Shown piece by piece: positions 1 to 9,793 of a stretch of 43,521 nt of DNA (its first letter is position 1; each line of letters begins with the position of its first letter). Location: the NCBI GenBank assembly GCA_036797405.1, contig DAIRBC010000001.1, positions 1 through 43,521 on the forward strand. The letters run 5' to 3'. The translations under genes were made by a program, and so were the position numbers. The notes under the pieces were generated by a model, which was given only the letters and a program-made list of their open reading frames with translations, ran no database searches and was not told the DNA's origin. The DNA comes from Gemmatimonadaceae bacterium (GTDB lineage: Bacteria > Gemmatimonadota > Gemmatimonadetes > Gemmatimonadales > Gemmatimonadaceae).

Positions 1-871
1 TGAAGTTCTGGAGCTCGAGCGACTGAAGAATCTGTTGAGCGACGTGAACCTCTTCGGTGCGGTCTCCACCAGGACGCGGTGTCAGCGAAACCCGAATCGT
101 GTCGCCGATCCCGTCGGACAAGAGGATCGAGAGAGCCGCAGTGCTGGCAACGATTCCCTTTGAGCCAAGGCCCGCTTCAGTAAGTCCAAGATGGAGCGGG
201 TAATCGCAACGAGCAGCCAGCTGTCGATATACGTCAATCAAATCCTGTACTCCGGAAACCTTTGCCGAAATGATAATGCGGTCATGTCCGAGTCCGACTT
301 CCTCAGCGATCGCCGCGGAGCGTAGAGCGCTCTGGATCATCGCCTCTATGTAGACCTCTTTCGCGGTGCGCTGGGCGGAACTCTGGGCGTTCGCGTCCAT
401 CAGCGACGTCAGAAGATCCTGGTCGAGCGATCCCCAGTTGACTCCGATTCTGACGGGCTTGTCGTTGTCGAGCGCGATCTGGATGATCGTCCGGAAATTC
501 TCGTCGCGACGTTTCCCGCCGACGTTTCCAGGATTGATTCGGTACTTGGCCAGAATTTGCGCGGTGGCGGGATATCGGGCGAGGAGCAAATGGCCGTTGT
601 AGTGGAAGTCCCCGATCACCGGGACAGACACACCCATGTCAACAAGTCTGCTGGCGATCTCCGGCACCGCCCGTGCGGCTTCGTCGTTGTTGACCGTTAC
701 CCGGACGAGCCTGCTTCCCGCGCGCGAAAGTTCCGCCACCTGGAGAGCGGTGGCGGCAGCGTCGGCGGTGTCGGTGTTGGTCATCGACTGCACGGCGATC
801 GGATAGGCGGACCCAATGGGTACGTCCCCTACAATCGTGGATGCGGTCGGTCTTCGCGTTACGGTCGACAC
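1..871 (-). CDS. ispG: 4-hydroxy-3-methylbut-2-en-1-yl diphosphate synthase (IspG/GcpE), 3' end runs off the window
   Basis: Manual minus-strand translation gives [35 protein letters not shown]...LVRVTVNN...DFHYNGH...[10 protein letters not shown]...[11 protein letters not shown]...[10 protein letters not shown]...[12 protein letters not shown], which are IspG hallmarks. Start is GTG 871 or in-frame ATG 925. Confidence 0.95.
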   Translation of the reverse strand, partial: MSTVTRRPTASTIVGDVPIGSAYPIAVQSMTNTDTADAAATALQVAELSRAGSRLVRVTVNNDEAARAVPEIASRLVDMGVSVPVIGDFHYNGHLLLARYPATAQILAKYRINPGNVGGKRRDENFRTIIQIALDNDKPVRIGVNWGSLDQDLLTSLMDANAQSSAQRTAKEVYIEAMIQSALRSAAIAEEVGLGHDRIIISAKVSGVQDLIDVYRQLAARCDYPLHLGLTEAGLGSKGIVASTAALSILLSDGIGDTIRVSLTPRPGGDRTEEVHVAQQILQSLELQNF

Positions 872-970
872 GTCTGCTTGCGTGTGGTGATTTTGAAAGC
901 TAATTCCCTGGTCCGAGCGGTGCATGTCGGACCGTGAACATCTTCCCTTCCCGGCACTTCTGGAGCTCAG

Positions 971-1387
971 ATGGTTGATACCCCCGATACACCGGCTACG
1001 CCAGTTCCCGTCAGGAAGAGGCATCGCAAGGTGTTCATCGTTCTTTTCGCGCTGCTTCTCATTCCCGCAGTCATCGTCGCGCTCTGGATCTGGGTCTCTC
1101 TGGGCTACACGTACTCCTCAGGAGAGCGGGCGGGGTATGTCCAGAAGATTTCAAAGAAGGGTTGGATCTGTAAGACCTGGGAAGGTGAGCTGGCGATGGC
1201 AAATCTGCCCGGAACAATGCCGCAGATCTTTGTATTTACGGTTCGAAACGACTCGATTGCCAAGGTGATCGAGCAGAATGCGGGCAAGCAGGTTTCATTG
1301 ACCTACGACCAGCACAGGGGAGTGCCAACCACCTGCTTTGGCGAGACGGAGTATTTCGTTACGGGGGTCCACAGAACCGGTCCCTGA
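971..1387 (+). CDS. conserved hypothetical single-pass membrane protein
   Basis: GGAG RBS; basic stretch then one TM helix; [27 protein letters not shown] resembles a widespread uncharacterised family. Confidence 0.8.
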   Translation: MVDTPDTPATPVPVRKRHRKVFIVLFALLLIPAVIVALWIWVSLGYTYSSGERAGYVQKISKKGWICKTWEGELAMANLPGTMPQIFVFTVRNDSIAKVIEQNAGKQVSLTYDQHRGVPTTCFGETEYFVTGVHRTGP

Positions 1388-1396
1388 ATCTGTCTA

Positions 1397-1425
1397 TTGT
1401 CTGCTCAGCCGGTCCTTGCTATTTT
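1397..1425 (+). promoter_or_regulatory. sigma-70-type promoter for the first csp gene, with a long structured 5' UTR
   Basis: TTGTCT-N17-TATTTT with TG at the extended -10 position; about 140 nt upstream of the csp ATG, as is typical of csp leaders. Confidence 0.5.
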
Positions 1426-1569
1426 TCCGCCAAGTCGAGCTGGGAAGGGCGGGCGAAGGTCTGTGCTTCCCTCTCAAGTCCAGTGCGGGGTTAGTGAGAC
1501 CCGCATATCAGATTGTCGAGGGTCGGGCGTTCTCCGCTCCCCAAGACACAAATTTTTCAGGAGCAGGGA

Positions 1570-1779
1570 ATGCGTACGACCGGCAAAGTGAAGTGGTTCA
1601 ACGATGCGAAGGGCTTTGGCTTTATCACACCTGACAACGGGCAGAAGGATTGCTTCGTTCACTACAGCGCGATTTCCGGCTCGGGGTTCAAGTCCCTTGC
1701 CGAAGGTGACGCGGTAGAGTTCGACATTGTCGAGGGTCAGAAGGGTCCGGCTGCCGAGAACGTGACGAAGGCTTCTTAA
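1570..1779 (+). CDS. csp: cold-shock protein (CspA family)
   Basis: [19 protein letters not shown]...DCFVHYSAI (RNP1/RNP2 motifs); AGGAG RBS; 69 aa. Confidence 0.97.
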   Translation: MRTTGKVKWFNDAKGFGFITPDNGQKDCFVHYSAISGSGFKSLAEGDAVEFDIVEGQKGPAAENVTKAS

Positions 1780-1808
1780 GCCACGCCGACTTCACTGGCA
1801 CAATCTGG

Positions 1809-1842
1809 CGGGGCGTCTCAATCGAGGCGCCCCGTTTTGTTT
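1809..1842 (+). terminator. Rho-independent terminator of csp, overlapping the last codons of the convergent gene
   Basis: CGGGGCGTCTC-AATC-GAGGCGCCCCG followed by TTTTGTTT. Confidence 0.8.
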
Positions 1843-2210
1843 CGGGGTGGACGTCCTCTCTTCGGGACCGGTGCGATCTCAACCGCGCTTTCCAGGCTTT
1901 CCAGCAGCCGTGCTCGAAAAGCCGGCAGGTCGAGGCCGAGGTTCAGCCCTTGCTGCGCAATGTGTCTACCTTCGCTCTTCGCCAGATCCTCGGCCAGCGC
2001 GATCGCTTTTACCGTCGGCAATCCGAGCTCCTGAATGAGCAAAACCGCCAATGCCAGGACCAACAAGCCTTCTACTGTCAGGCGACGAGATATTCCCTGG
2101 CGCTCCTGGGCTACTCCGGGGACCCGATTATGCGACATGACGTTGTCGAGCCATTTTACGGAAGTCCCGAGCGCAAGTGCAGCTGTAGCAATGGTATAGG
2201 CCCTGGGCAT
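1818..2210 (-). CDS. hypothetical protein with MerR/Xis-like N-terminal HTH and C-terminal AT-hook-like motif
   Basis: AGGA RBS; YTIATAALALGTSVKWLDN is HTH-like; C-terminal PKRGRPPR. Confidence 0.7.
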   Translation of the reverse strand: MPRAYTIATAALALGTSVKWLDNVMSHNRVPGVAQERQGISRRLTVEGLLVLALAVLLIQELGLPTVKAIALAEDLAKSEGRHIAQQGLNLGLDLPAFRARLLESLESAVEIAPVPKRGRPPRNKTGRLD

Positions 2211-2331
2211 TAATTATCCTAAAAGAAAAGGATATAAAAGGGTAGCCCTCTCTTTCTCCCGTTACAAGCGCCTCTCCTCATTATATTGCGCCGTTCGCGC
2301 CTCGCTTACAATGAATTCCCGACAGACGAAA

Positions 2332-2883
2332 ATGAAGTGTCTTCCTCATATCATGGCGGTTTCGGCTCTCGCGTCGATCCTGCTTTCGGGCCAAGCCAGT
2401 GCTCAAAAGACCTACGCCCTTGGGATCGGGGGAGGCGCCGCCATACCCGTCGGGAAGCTGAGTAACACTCAGACTACTGGGTACAACGGGATCGTTGCTC
2501 TCGCACTCGGTGTCGCCGAACTACCAATCGGGGTCCGACTCGACGGGATCTACAATAGCTTCTCCCGCAAGAACGTTACGTCACCGCCGACCAACACCTA
2601 CGGTTTTCGAATCGCCGGCATACTTGGCAATCTCATCTACGCGTTCCCTGGAACCACCGCAAAGAGCTACATCGTGGCCGGAGGAGGGCTGTACAACACG
2701 AAATTCGACATCGCCGGAACGAAGGCCGAAAACCACTGGGGATTGAATGCGGGAGTCGGGGTAACGTTCGGGGTGGGACCGGTCGCGAGCTTCCTGGAGT
2801 CGAGATATCACTTCATATCCCGTGAGCCAACGAAAGGCGGAGTAATACACTTCGTCCCGATCACGCTCGGAGTAATGTTCTAA
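2332..2883 (+). CDS. outer-membrane beta-barrel protein (OmpW/OmpA-TM-like)
   Basis: Signal peptide MKCL...ASA|Q, alternating beta-strand pattern, C-terminal Phe (LGVMF). ATG 2332 is preferred over 2311. Confidence 0.85.
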   Translation: MKCLPHIMAVSALASILLSGQASAQKTYALGIGGGAAIPVGKLSNTQTTGYNGIVALALGVAELPIGVRLDGIYNSFSRKNVTSPPTNTYGFRIAGILGNLIYAFPGTTAKSYIVAGGGLYNTKFDIAGTKAENHWGLNAGVGVTFGVGPVASFLESRYHFISREPTKGGVIHFVPITLGVMF

Positions 2884-2889
2884 ACCCGC

Positions 2890-2921
2890 AACAAAAACAG
2901 GTGCACAATCACGCGCCCGTT
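2890..2921 (-). terminator. probable terminator of argGH
   Basis: Minus strand AACGGGCGCG-TGATTG-TGCACCTGTT then TTTG; imperfect stem with G-U pairs and one mismatch. Confidence 0.4.
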
Positions 2922-2941
2922 CTATTGGATCTTTCTCTGCC

Positions 2942-4390
2942 CTAGATGGCGCGAAGTACCAGCTCGTTACCGCGCGCTGCCTCGCCTACCGGCCACAGCG
3001 CCTCGCGCGCCGAACGAAGCTGCGCCTTCACCGCGCTCGCCCCCGTACCTCCTGGCACGTCCCGACGCGCAACCGATCGAGAGGGCTCGAGCCAATCAAG
3101 CGCGTCGTCGCCGAACAGGGGATGCGCAGCTTTGAACGATGCGAGCGGCAATCCGTCCAGATCGCAGCCATCGCGCTCGCTCTCGCGAATCAACGCACCG
3201 ATAGCGCCGTGGGCCTCGCGGAAAGTAGCTCCCTTCTCTACCAGGTAATCAGCGAGGTCCGTTGCCATCATGCTGCTCGAGAGCGCGGCCCGCATGCGCA
3301 TTGCATTGAATCGCGTTTCCTGGAGTGCGCCGGCGACTGCGGGAAGCACGAGGAGGGCGGTGTCGACGGCATCGAACAGCACACGCTTGTCGTCCTGGAG
3401 ATCCTTGTTGTACCCGCTGGGCAAACCCTTGAGGGTCGAGAGCAATGTCGAGAGGTCGCCAATCGCGCGCGCACCTGATCCGCGTGCCAGTTCGAGCGCA
3501 TCCGGGTTGCGCTTCTGTGGCATCATGCTGGAGCCTGTTGTAAAAGCATCGCCAAACTGGACGAATCCAAACTCGCTTGACCCATAAATGATCAAATCCT
3601 CGCCGAGGCGTGATAGGTGCGTCGCCATCATCGCGACGGCGAACAGCAGCTCGGCGACGAAATCCCTGTCGCCAACCGCATCAATACTGTTTTGCGACAC
3701 GGCGCTGAATCCCAGGCTGCCCTGGAGAAGCACGCGCGAAACGGGGAATGCACAACCGGCGATGGCGCCAGATCCCAGAGGGAGAATCCCGGCAGCCCGC
3801 GAGGCGGACGCGATTCTGGCCCGATCGCGCTCGAGTGGCCAAAAGTGGGACAACATCCAATGTGCGGCGGAAACCGGTTGCGCGCGTTGAAGGTGCGTGT
3901 ACGCCGGCATCAGCGTGTCCTGGAGCGTCTCCGCGTGGTCCAGCATCACCTGCTGCAGCATCCGCGCGGCGGAATCCAGTTTGACGCACGCATCCATTGA
4001 CCATAGACGTGTCGCGGTCGCGACCTGATCGTTTCGGCTTCGACCGGTGTGCAGCTTCGACGCGACCTCTCCCACCTCGTCGTGAAGCATTCTGTCGATC
4101 ATCGTGTGGACGTCTTCATCGGATGGAACGGGTGTCGCACCCCCCGCGAGCTTTTCGGCAACCGCCGCGAGGCCTTTCTCGATCTTCTTGCTTTCCTCGA
4201 GAGTGATGACGCCCGCTCCCCAAAGAGCGACAGACCAGGCACGAGATAGATCGATATCGAACGGCCATAGCCGGTAATCGGTACCAATGGATCGGTTAAG
4301 GGCGTCAAGAGCGACCGCGGTCGGCACCGCGAACCGTCCTCCCCAAAGCTTATGGGACGTGTGATCGGACACGGGGAAGGGCAGGCTCAA
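2942..4390 (-). CDS. argH: argininosuccinate lyase
   Basis: [29 protein letters not shown] signature. Confidence 0.98.
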   Translation of the reverse strand: MSLPFPVSDHTSHKLWGGRFAVPTAVALDALNRSIGTDYRLWPFDIDLSRAWSVALWGAGVITLEESKKIEKGLAAVAEKLAGGATPVPSDEDVHTMIDRMLHDEVGEVASKLHTGRSRNDQVATATRLWSMDACVKLDSAARMLQQVMLDHAETLQDTLMPAYTHLQRAQPVSAAHWMLSHFWPLERDRARIASASRAAGILPLGSGAIAGCAFPVSRVLLQGSLGFSAVSQNSIDAVGDRDFVAELLFAVAMMATHLSRLGEDLIIYGSSEFGFVQFGDAFTTGSSMMPQKRNPDALELARGSGARAIGDLSTLLSTLKGLPSGYNKDLQDDKRVLFDAVDTALLVLPAVAGALQETRFNAMRMRAALSSSMMATDLADYLVEKGATFREAHGAIGALIRESERDGCDLDGLPLASFKAAHPLFGDDALDWLEPSRSVARRDVPGGTGASAVKAQLRSAREALWPVGEAARGNELVLRAI

Positions 4391-5652
4391 GCTATCGCGA
4401 GAGCCTGCGACTCTCGCGATTCGCTCTTGCTCTCTTTTTGAGCCTTCGCGGCGGCCATTTCCTGGTCGCGGATAGCGCGGACACGGGCCGAGAGACCATA
4501 GAGCCGGATGAATCCTGCGGCATCGCTCTGCTGATAGACGTCGTCTTCACCAAAAGTGACGAAGCGCTCGTCGTACAGGGCGTACTCGCTCTCACGACCG
4601 ACCACCGAGGCCGTTCCCTTGAAGAGTCTGAGAGTCACTGCTCCGGTAACGCGCTCCTGAGTGACATTAACGAAGGCGTCGTACCCTTCGCGCTCGGTGG
4701 TCCACCAACGTCCCTCGTAAACCAGATCGGCGTAGCGGGGAGCAATGAGATCTTTCGCGGCTAGCGTGCGCCGGTCGAGAACAAGCTGCTCCAGCTCACT
4801 GTGGGCGGAGTAAAGGAGAGTACCACCCGGAGTCTCGTAAACTCCGCGAGATTTCATTCCTACGAGGCGATCTTCCACGAGGTCGATGCGTCCAATCCCG
4901 TGGCGCCCGCCGATCTTGTTGAGCGCGACGACGAGATCGACGGAGTCGAGCTCAACACCGTTGACCGAGACGGGCGTTCCCGAGTGGAATCCAATCGTGA
5001 CTTCCTCGGCCTGATCGGGCGCATTCTCGGGCGCCGTCGTCAACATGAACAGATCTGCCGGTGGGGCGACAGCGGGCTGCTCGAGCACGCCACCCTCATG
5101 GGAGATGTGCCAGACGTTCCGATCGCGCGAGTAGATCTTGTCGCGCGTCGCGGCAACAGGAACATTATGAGCTTCCGCGTAAGCGATCGCGTCCTCGCGG
5201 CTCCGGATGTTCCATTCGCGCCATGGTGCTATGACGGGCAGATCGGGAGCGAACGCCGCGTACGTGAGCTCGAAGCGGACTTGGTCGTTGCCCTTTCCGG
5301 TGCACCCGTGAGCGAGGGCATCTGCCCCAACTTGCCGGGCGATCTCGACCTGTCGGCGCGCAATGAGGGGGCGGCCCATGGAGGTGCCAAGGAGGTACTT
5401 TCGACCATAAACCGCTCCGGCCCGAAGGGTAGGCCAGACGAAATCCTCGACAAACTCCTGCCGGAGATCCTCGACGTAGCACTCGTCCGCGCCCGAAGCA
5501 ATCGCTTTGGCCCGCACGCCCTCAAGCTCCTCTCCCTGGCCTATGTCTGCGGCGACGCAGATCACGCGCGCGTTATAGCGCTCCTTGAGCCAGGGGACGA
5601 TGATCGAAGTATCGAGCCCACCGGAGTAGGCGAGGGCAACTGTGCGAATCAC
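4387..5652 (-). CDS. argG: argininosuccinate synthase
   Basis: [36 protein letters not shown]. Confidence 0.98.
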   Translation of the reverse strand: MIRTVALAYSGGLDTSIIVPWLKERYNARVICVAADIGQGEELEGVRAKAIASGADECYVEDLRQEFVEDFVWPTLRAGAVYGRKYLLGTSMGRPLIARRQVEIARQVGADALAHGCTGKGNDQVRFELTYAAFAPDLPVIAPWREWNIRSREDAIAYAEAHNVPVAATRDKIYSRDRNVWHISHEGGVLEQPAVAPPADLFMLTTAPENAPDQAEEVTIGFHSGTPVSVNGVELDSVDLVVALNKIGGRHGIGRIDLVEDRLVGMKSRGVYETPGGTLLYSAHSELEQLVLDRRTLAAKDLIAPRYADLVYEGRWWTTEREGYDAFVNVTQERVTGAVTLRLFKGTASVVGRESEYALYDERFVTFGEDDVYQQSDAAGFIRLYGLSARVRAIRDQEMAAAKAQKESKSESRESQALAIA

Positions 5653-5657
5653 GGGCT

Positions 5658-5696
5658 CCTCAATAAGTATTCAGAATGTCTGAATATTTAATCGTT
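5658..5696. promoter_or_regulatory. tandem ARG boxes (ArgR operator) upstream of argG
   Basis: Cores TCAAT-AAGT-ATTCA (5660-5673) and TGAAT-ATTT-AATCG (5681-5694) start 21 bp apart, the canonical 18+3 ARG-box spacing. AT-rich island in GC-rich DNA. Confidence 0.8.
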
Positions 5697-5720
5697 TGGA
5701 GGGCCTACGTCAACACTCGA

Positions 5721-6179
5721 TCAGGGCTCTCCAGCCATCGCCCGCAGCCGCCGCAGCACGCGGTCGCGGGCGGCGACCGAGCGGCAGATTATCAGTATGG
5801 TATCGTCGCCCCCGACCGTCCCCAGTATGTCCGACCAACCCTCGCCGTCGAGTGCGGCAGCGATTGGCTGGGCGCCTCCGGGAACGGTCCGCAGGACAAG
5901 CATTTCACTCACACCGTCGAGCCGAAGGAACAACTGGGGCAGGAGGGTGTCGAGCGCGGCGCGGCTCTCCTCTATGCTACCGTCGGTAACAGCGTATCGG
6001 GCGCCTTCGGGCGTCGGGACGCGGGCGAGCCTGAGCTCGCGCAAGTCGCGGGAGAGGGTTGCCTGGGTTACGTCCCACCCGCGCTGGAGAAGAAGCTTCC
6101 GGAGATCCTCCTGGCTGCTTACTACCCGCGCCCCGATTATCTCCAGAATCGTGTCGTGCCGTTCGCGCTTGTTGGCCAT
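5721..6179 (-). CDS. argR: arginine repressor
   Basis: VTQATLSRDLREL (SR motif) and GTVGGDDTI; start MANKRERH at 6179. Confidence 0.96.
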   Translation of the reverse strand: MANKRERHDTILEIIGARVVSSQEDLRKLLLQRGWDVTQATLSRDLRELRLARVPTPEGARYAVTDGSIEESRAALDTLLPQLFLRLDGVSEMLVLRTVPGGAQPIAAALDGEGWSDILGTVGGDDTILIICRSVAARDRVLRRLRAMAGEP

Positions 6180-6246
6180 CGAGGGTGAGTTTAGCACTCC
6201 ATTGGTCTGCGCGCGAGGCGGCCCCACGGATCATTGACTGGGCGGG

Positions 6247-6285
6247 CGTGTAATGTTATGCATTATTTATGCATAAAGTTCCGGT
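6247..6285. promoter_or_regulatory. tandem ARG boxes between divergent argR and argC, overlapping the argC start codon
   Basis: Cores TGTAA-TGTT-ATGCA (6249-6262) and TGCAT-AAAG-TTCCG (6270-6283), 21 bp apart. Confidence 0.75.
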
Positions 6286-7237
6286 GGGGGTTCTTGGCGC
6301 AAGCGGCTATGCCGGGCGGGAGCTGTGCGGATTGATCGCGCGGCATCCCAAGCTCGAGCTCGCGTTTGCGTCAGCGAACGAACAGCGCGGACAGCATGCG
6401 CGCGTAGGCCCATTGGAGATAACCTATGTCGCGACTGAGGACGCGCCTTTGGGCAATGCAGAGATCGTGTTCACTGCTTTGCCCCATGGTGCGTCGGCCA
6501 AGTGGGTGGGGAACGCGCGCTCAACGGGCGCGCGGGTCGTCGATCTTTCCTCGGACTTTCGTCCGGGAGCCGGGGAAAGCGCGACAAACGCTGAATACGG
6601 ACTCACGGAATTGATGCGTGAAAACATTCCGGGAGCTGAAATCGTCGCCAATCCCGGCTGCTACCCAACGGCCGTGCTTCTGGCAATCGCACCCTTACTC
6701 AAGGAAGGATGGGTGACGCCGGGTGCGACCATCAATGTATCGGCAGCGAGCGGAGTAACTGGAGCCGGATACGCCGCTCGCCCGGATCTGCTCTACGCGG
6801 AGGTCGCTGAAGATTTTCGCGCCTACGCGGTCGGGAACGAGCACAGGCACCTCGCCGAGATGCAGGCCGTCACGAACGAGCTGGGTGGCCGAAACAACGA
6901 TATCCTGTTCACTCCGCACCTACTTCCCGTTGCGCGCGGAATTCTGGCGACGATTACCGTGCCGATCGAGGAGCACACCGACGACCCCTCTCTCTTGTGG
7001 AAGGATTGTTACAGTGGCGAGCCGTTCATCGAGATTGCGGATGCGCCGCCGTCACTCCGCGACGTCATCCGGCGGAATGTGGTTCGCCTGAGCGTCACCA
7101 AAGCCGCGAATGTGCGGAAGCCTACACTGATCATCATTTCAGCGATCGATAACCTGATGAAAGGAGCGGCGGGACAGGCGCTGCAGAACGCGAACATCCT
7201 CCTTGGATTGAGCGAACAGGCAGGGCTGCCCGCGTGA
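6269..7237 (+). CDS. argC: N-acetyl-gamma-glutamyl-phosphate reductase
   Basis: GASGYAG, VANPGCYPT (catalytic Cys), IDNLMKGAAGQA. Confidence 0.97.
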   Translation: MHKVPVGVLGASGYAGRELCGLIARHPKLELAFASANEQRGQHARVGPLEITYVATEDAPLGNAEIVFTALPHGASAKWVGNARSTGARVVDLSSDFRPGAGESATNAEYGLTELMRENIPGAEIVANPGCYPTAVLLAIAPLLKEGWVTPGATINVSAASGVTGAGYAARPDLLYAEVAEDFRAYAVGNEHRHLAEMQAVTNELGGRNNDILFTPHLLPVARGILATITVPIEEHTDDPSLLWKDCYSGEPFIEIADAPPSLRDVIRRNVVRLSVTKAANVRKPTLIIISAIDNLMKGAAGQALQNANILLGLSEQAGLPA

Positions 7238-8004
7238 TGCGCGTGGTGAAGATAGGAGGGCGTGCCCAGGTGGATCCCCGCCTGTTCAAGCTCCTTGGTA
7301 AAGCGTGGAATGACTCGCCAACATCACTGTGCGTAGTGCACGGCGGTGGAGACGAAGTTTCGGCGACGCAGAGAGCGCTTGGCCGAGAACCAGTATTTAT
7401 CGGCGGTCGTCGGGTTACGTCGAAGGACGATCTCGACCTGCTGCGAATGGTACTGTCGGGCGTCGTGAACAAGAGGTTGGTGAATGGCCTGGTTGCGGCA
7501 GGGGTCTCCGCGGTCGGCTTATCCGGGGAGGATGGCGCGCTGATCAGGGCGGAGATTATCGATGCCGAGTCTCTCGGTTTTGCCGGGAGGCCAACGAACG
7601 TCAACTCGCAGCTTCTTCACGCTCTCATGGATGCAGGCCACCTTCCGGTCATCTCACCTGTTGGCTACAACGGCGACAGCGCACAAGGTGGGGCGCTCAA
7701 CGTGAACGGCGATGATGCCGCTTCCGCCATCGCCGCGGCCCTTCACGCGGACGAGCTACTCCTGATTGCCGATGTCGAAGGAGTTCGAGATGAGCAGGGT
7801 GAAGTGCTTCAAGCAATCAGCCTGGAGTCCGCACGGAATCTGATCGAAAACGGAACAGCCGCAGGAGGAATGGCGGCAAAACTCGAATCGGCCCATGCGG
7901 CTCTTCTCGCAGGAGTCGATCGTGTGCGAATCTGTGATCTCGCCGGTCTCGTGGATGACGGGCGGGGCACCTTCATCACTCAATCCCAGAGCGTAGTCAT
8001 ATGA
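7234..8004 (+). CDS. argB: acetylglutamate kinase
   Basis: VVKIGG, VVHGGG, NVNGDDAA, GGMAAKL. Confidence 0.95.
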   Translation: MMRVVKIGGRAQVDPRLFKLLGKAWNDSPTSLCVVHGGGDEVSATQRALGREPVFIGGRRVTSKDDLDLLRMVLSGVVNKRLVNGLVAAGVSAVGLSGEDGALIRAEIIDAESLGFAGRPTNVNSQLLHALMDAGHLPVISPVGYNGDSAQGGALNVNGDDAASAIAAALHADELLLIADVEGVRDEQGEVLQAISLESARNLIENGTAAGGMAAKLESAHAALLAGVDRVRICDLAGLVDDGRGTFITQSQSVVI

Positions 8005-9218
8005 CCGCCGTCTCGCTGCCCATCGAAGAAGAAGCTATCGCAACCGCCGCCGCCGTGGAGACGTCGCTTCTCGGTACGTACAAGCGTGCTCCAATGGAGT
8101 TCGTGAGGGGAGAAGGCGTGGAGCTCATCGATGCAGATGGCAAACGGTATCTGGATTTCGCCAGTGGAATCGCCGTAAACGCACTCGGTTACGGGGATGC
8201 CGGGATCTCTCGAGTAGTGAGCGAGGCCTTGAACAATGGACTTATTCATACCTCGAATCTCTATCGGACGTCTGCCGGGGAGCAGCTCGCGGACAAGCTG
8301 GTGGAGCGCTCGTTTGCATCGAAGGTCTTTTTCTGCAACTCCGGAGCGGAAGCGAATGAAGGCGCATTCAAGTTCGCCAGACGGTGGGCACGAAAGATCG
8401 GTACGGATGCCAAGGTCGAGATTATCGCGCTGCGCGGGAGCTTTCACGGGAGGCTGTTCGCGTCATTGGCAGCGACAGATCGACCGTCGTATCGCGCGCC
8501 GTTCCGTCCTCTCGCGGGAGCCGTGTCAATTTGCGAGCGCGATCTGTCCGACCTCGAGACCGCGCTCGACGAAGAAACGGTTGCGGCGTTGATCGTCGAG
8601 CCTGTCCAGGGTGAGGGAGGAGTGCGGGTTCTCGATGACGCTTTTCTCGAGAAGCTGAGGACGCTAACCGCCAAGCGGGAGATCGCGCTCATCTTCGACG
8701 AGATCCAGTGTGGACTCGGCAGAACGGGCCATCTGTTCGCGTACGAGAGAAGCGGGGTTGTTCCCGACATGCTTACGCTCGCCAAGCCTTTGGCCGGCGG
8801 ACTGCCCATGGGTGCCGTTCTCGTATCGGAGGAAATCGCTGCGGCAATCCAGCCGGGGGATCACGGAACCACGTTTGGCGGTGGTCCTCTTGTATCCGCA
8901 GTCGCCGCGCACGTACTGGAACGCCTCTCCGATCCGGCGTTGCTCGAGTCTGTTCGCGAGAATGGCGCGTGGCTCGGAGAACAGCTCGATGCGATTGCGC
9001 GTCGCTCAGGGAAAGTTCGTGCGATACGCGGAACGGGCTTCATCTGGGGACTCGACGTTCTGGAACCCGCCGGCGACATCGTCAAGAGGGGATGGGACGA
9101 GGGTATTCTCACGCTGACCGCCGGCGAGCATACGCTCCGTATTCTTCCTCCGCTGATAATGGAAAGGGAAGATCTTGCGCGCGGGCTCTCAATTATCGAG
9201 AAGATCATCGCGCAATAG
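8001..9218 (+). CDS. argD: acetylornithine aminotransferase
   Basis: FFCNSGAEANE, FDEIQCGLGRTG, LAKPLAGG (PLP lysine), HGTTFGG; in the arg cluster. Confidence 0.95.
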   Translation: MTAVSLPIEEEAIATAAAVETSLLGTYKRAPMEFVRGEGVELIDADGKRYLDFASGIAVNALGYGDAGISRVVSEALNNGLIHTSNLYRTSAGEQLADKLVERSFASKVFFCNSGAEANEGAFKFARRWARKIGTDAKVEIIALRGSFHGRLFASLAATDRPSYRAPFRPLAGAVSICERDLSDLETALDEETVAALIVEPVQGEGGVRVLDDAFLEKLRTLTAKREIALIFDEIQCGLGRTGHLFAYERSGVVPDMLTLAKPLAGGLPMGAVLVSEEIAAAIQPGDHGTTFGGGPLVSAVAAHVLERLSDPALLESVRENGAWLGEQLDAIARRSGKVRAIRGTGFIWGLDVLEPAGDIVKRGWDEGILTLTAGEHTLRILPPLIMEREDLARGLSIIEKIIAQ

Positions 9219-9245
9219 CGCGGATCGGAGTCGCCAATGCCACCA

Positions 9246-9273
9246 TCTCCGGTTAACATACCGGAGACTTCTT
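9246..9273 (+). terminator. hairpin after argD, possible terminator
   Basis: TCTCCGGT-TAACAT-ACCGGAGA followed by CTTCTT (weak U tract). Confidence 0.4.
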
Positions 9274-9285
9274 CGAAGAGACGTT

Positions 9286-9777
9286 ATGTCATTGGCGAGA
9301 CTCTCATCCGGCCGACTCCCCGCACTTCTCATCGCGGCAGCCGCATGTCGTCCCATGCCGATGAACACTGGGGCACCGGCGCGAGCGACGACCGGGTCCG
9401 ATACCGTTGAAGCGCGCCAGCTGTTCGAAGAGAATATTGATGCGATACACAAACGTGACCGCGCGCGGTATCTCGCCACTTATCTTCACACCAGATCCCT
9501 GGCGCGTAATGGTCCGACCGGACTCGAGCTCGGGTACGAAAACTGGAGCGCTCGACGGGATTCTACCTGGCCGGACACTCTGATTGCCAGGAATCTGCGC
9601 GTGACATCAGTTGCGTCTGGTGTCGTCTACGGCACCTACTGCTACACTGTGACCCAAAAGGATACGACCTCGAGCGGGGTATCCGAGCGAGTGTTCGTCA
9701 AAACGCCAGAGGGATGGAAGATCGCGGTGACCACGGCATTCGGACTACCCGTCGGTGCGCCCGCGCAGTGTAAATAA
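9286..9777 (+). CDS. NTF2/SnoaL-like (DUF4440-type) lipoprotein
   Basis: Lipobox-like AAAAC; NTF2-like pattern ending RVFVKTPEGWKIAV. Confidence 0.7.
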   Translation: MSLARLSSGRLPALLIAAAACRPMPMNTGAPARATTGSDTVEARQLFEENIDAIHKRDRARYLATYLHTRSLARNGPTGLELGYENWSARRDSTWPDTLIARNLRVTSVASGVVYGTYCYTVTQKDTTSSGVSERVFVKTPEGWKIAVTTAFGLPVGAPAQCK

Positions 9778-9793
9778 CATCAATTTCAACACA

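Noticed and set aside
952..967. CGGCACTTCTGGAGCT, a sigma-54-like GG-N10-GC
   Set aside because: The implied TSS would fall inside the ORF starting at 971; the GGAG is simply the RBS.
4801..5691. Long antisense ORFs opposite argG and similar ones (30017-30991, 38271-39134, 39413-40054, 39198-39968)
   Set aside because: They overlap well-supported genes and are explained by codon bias or low complexity.
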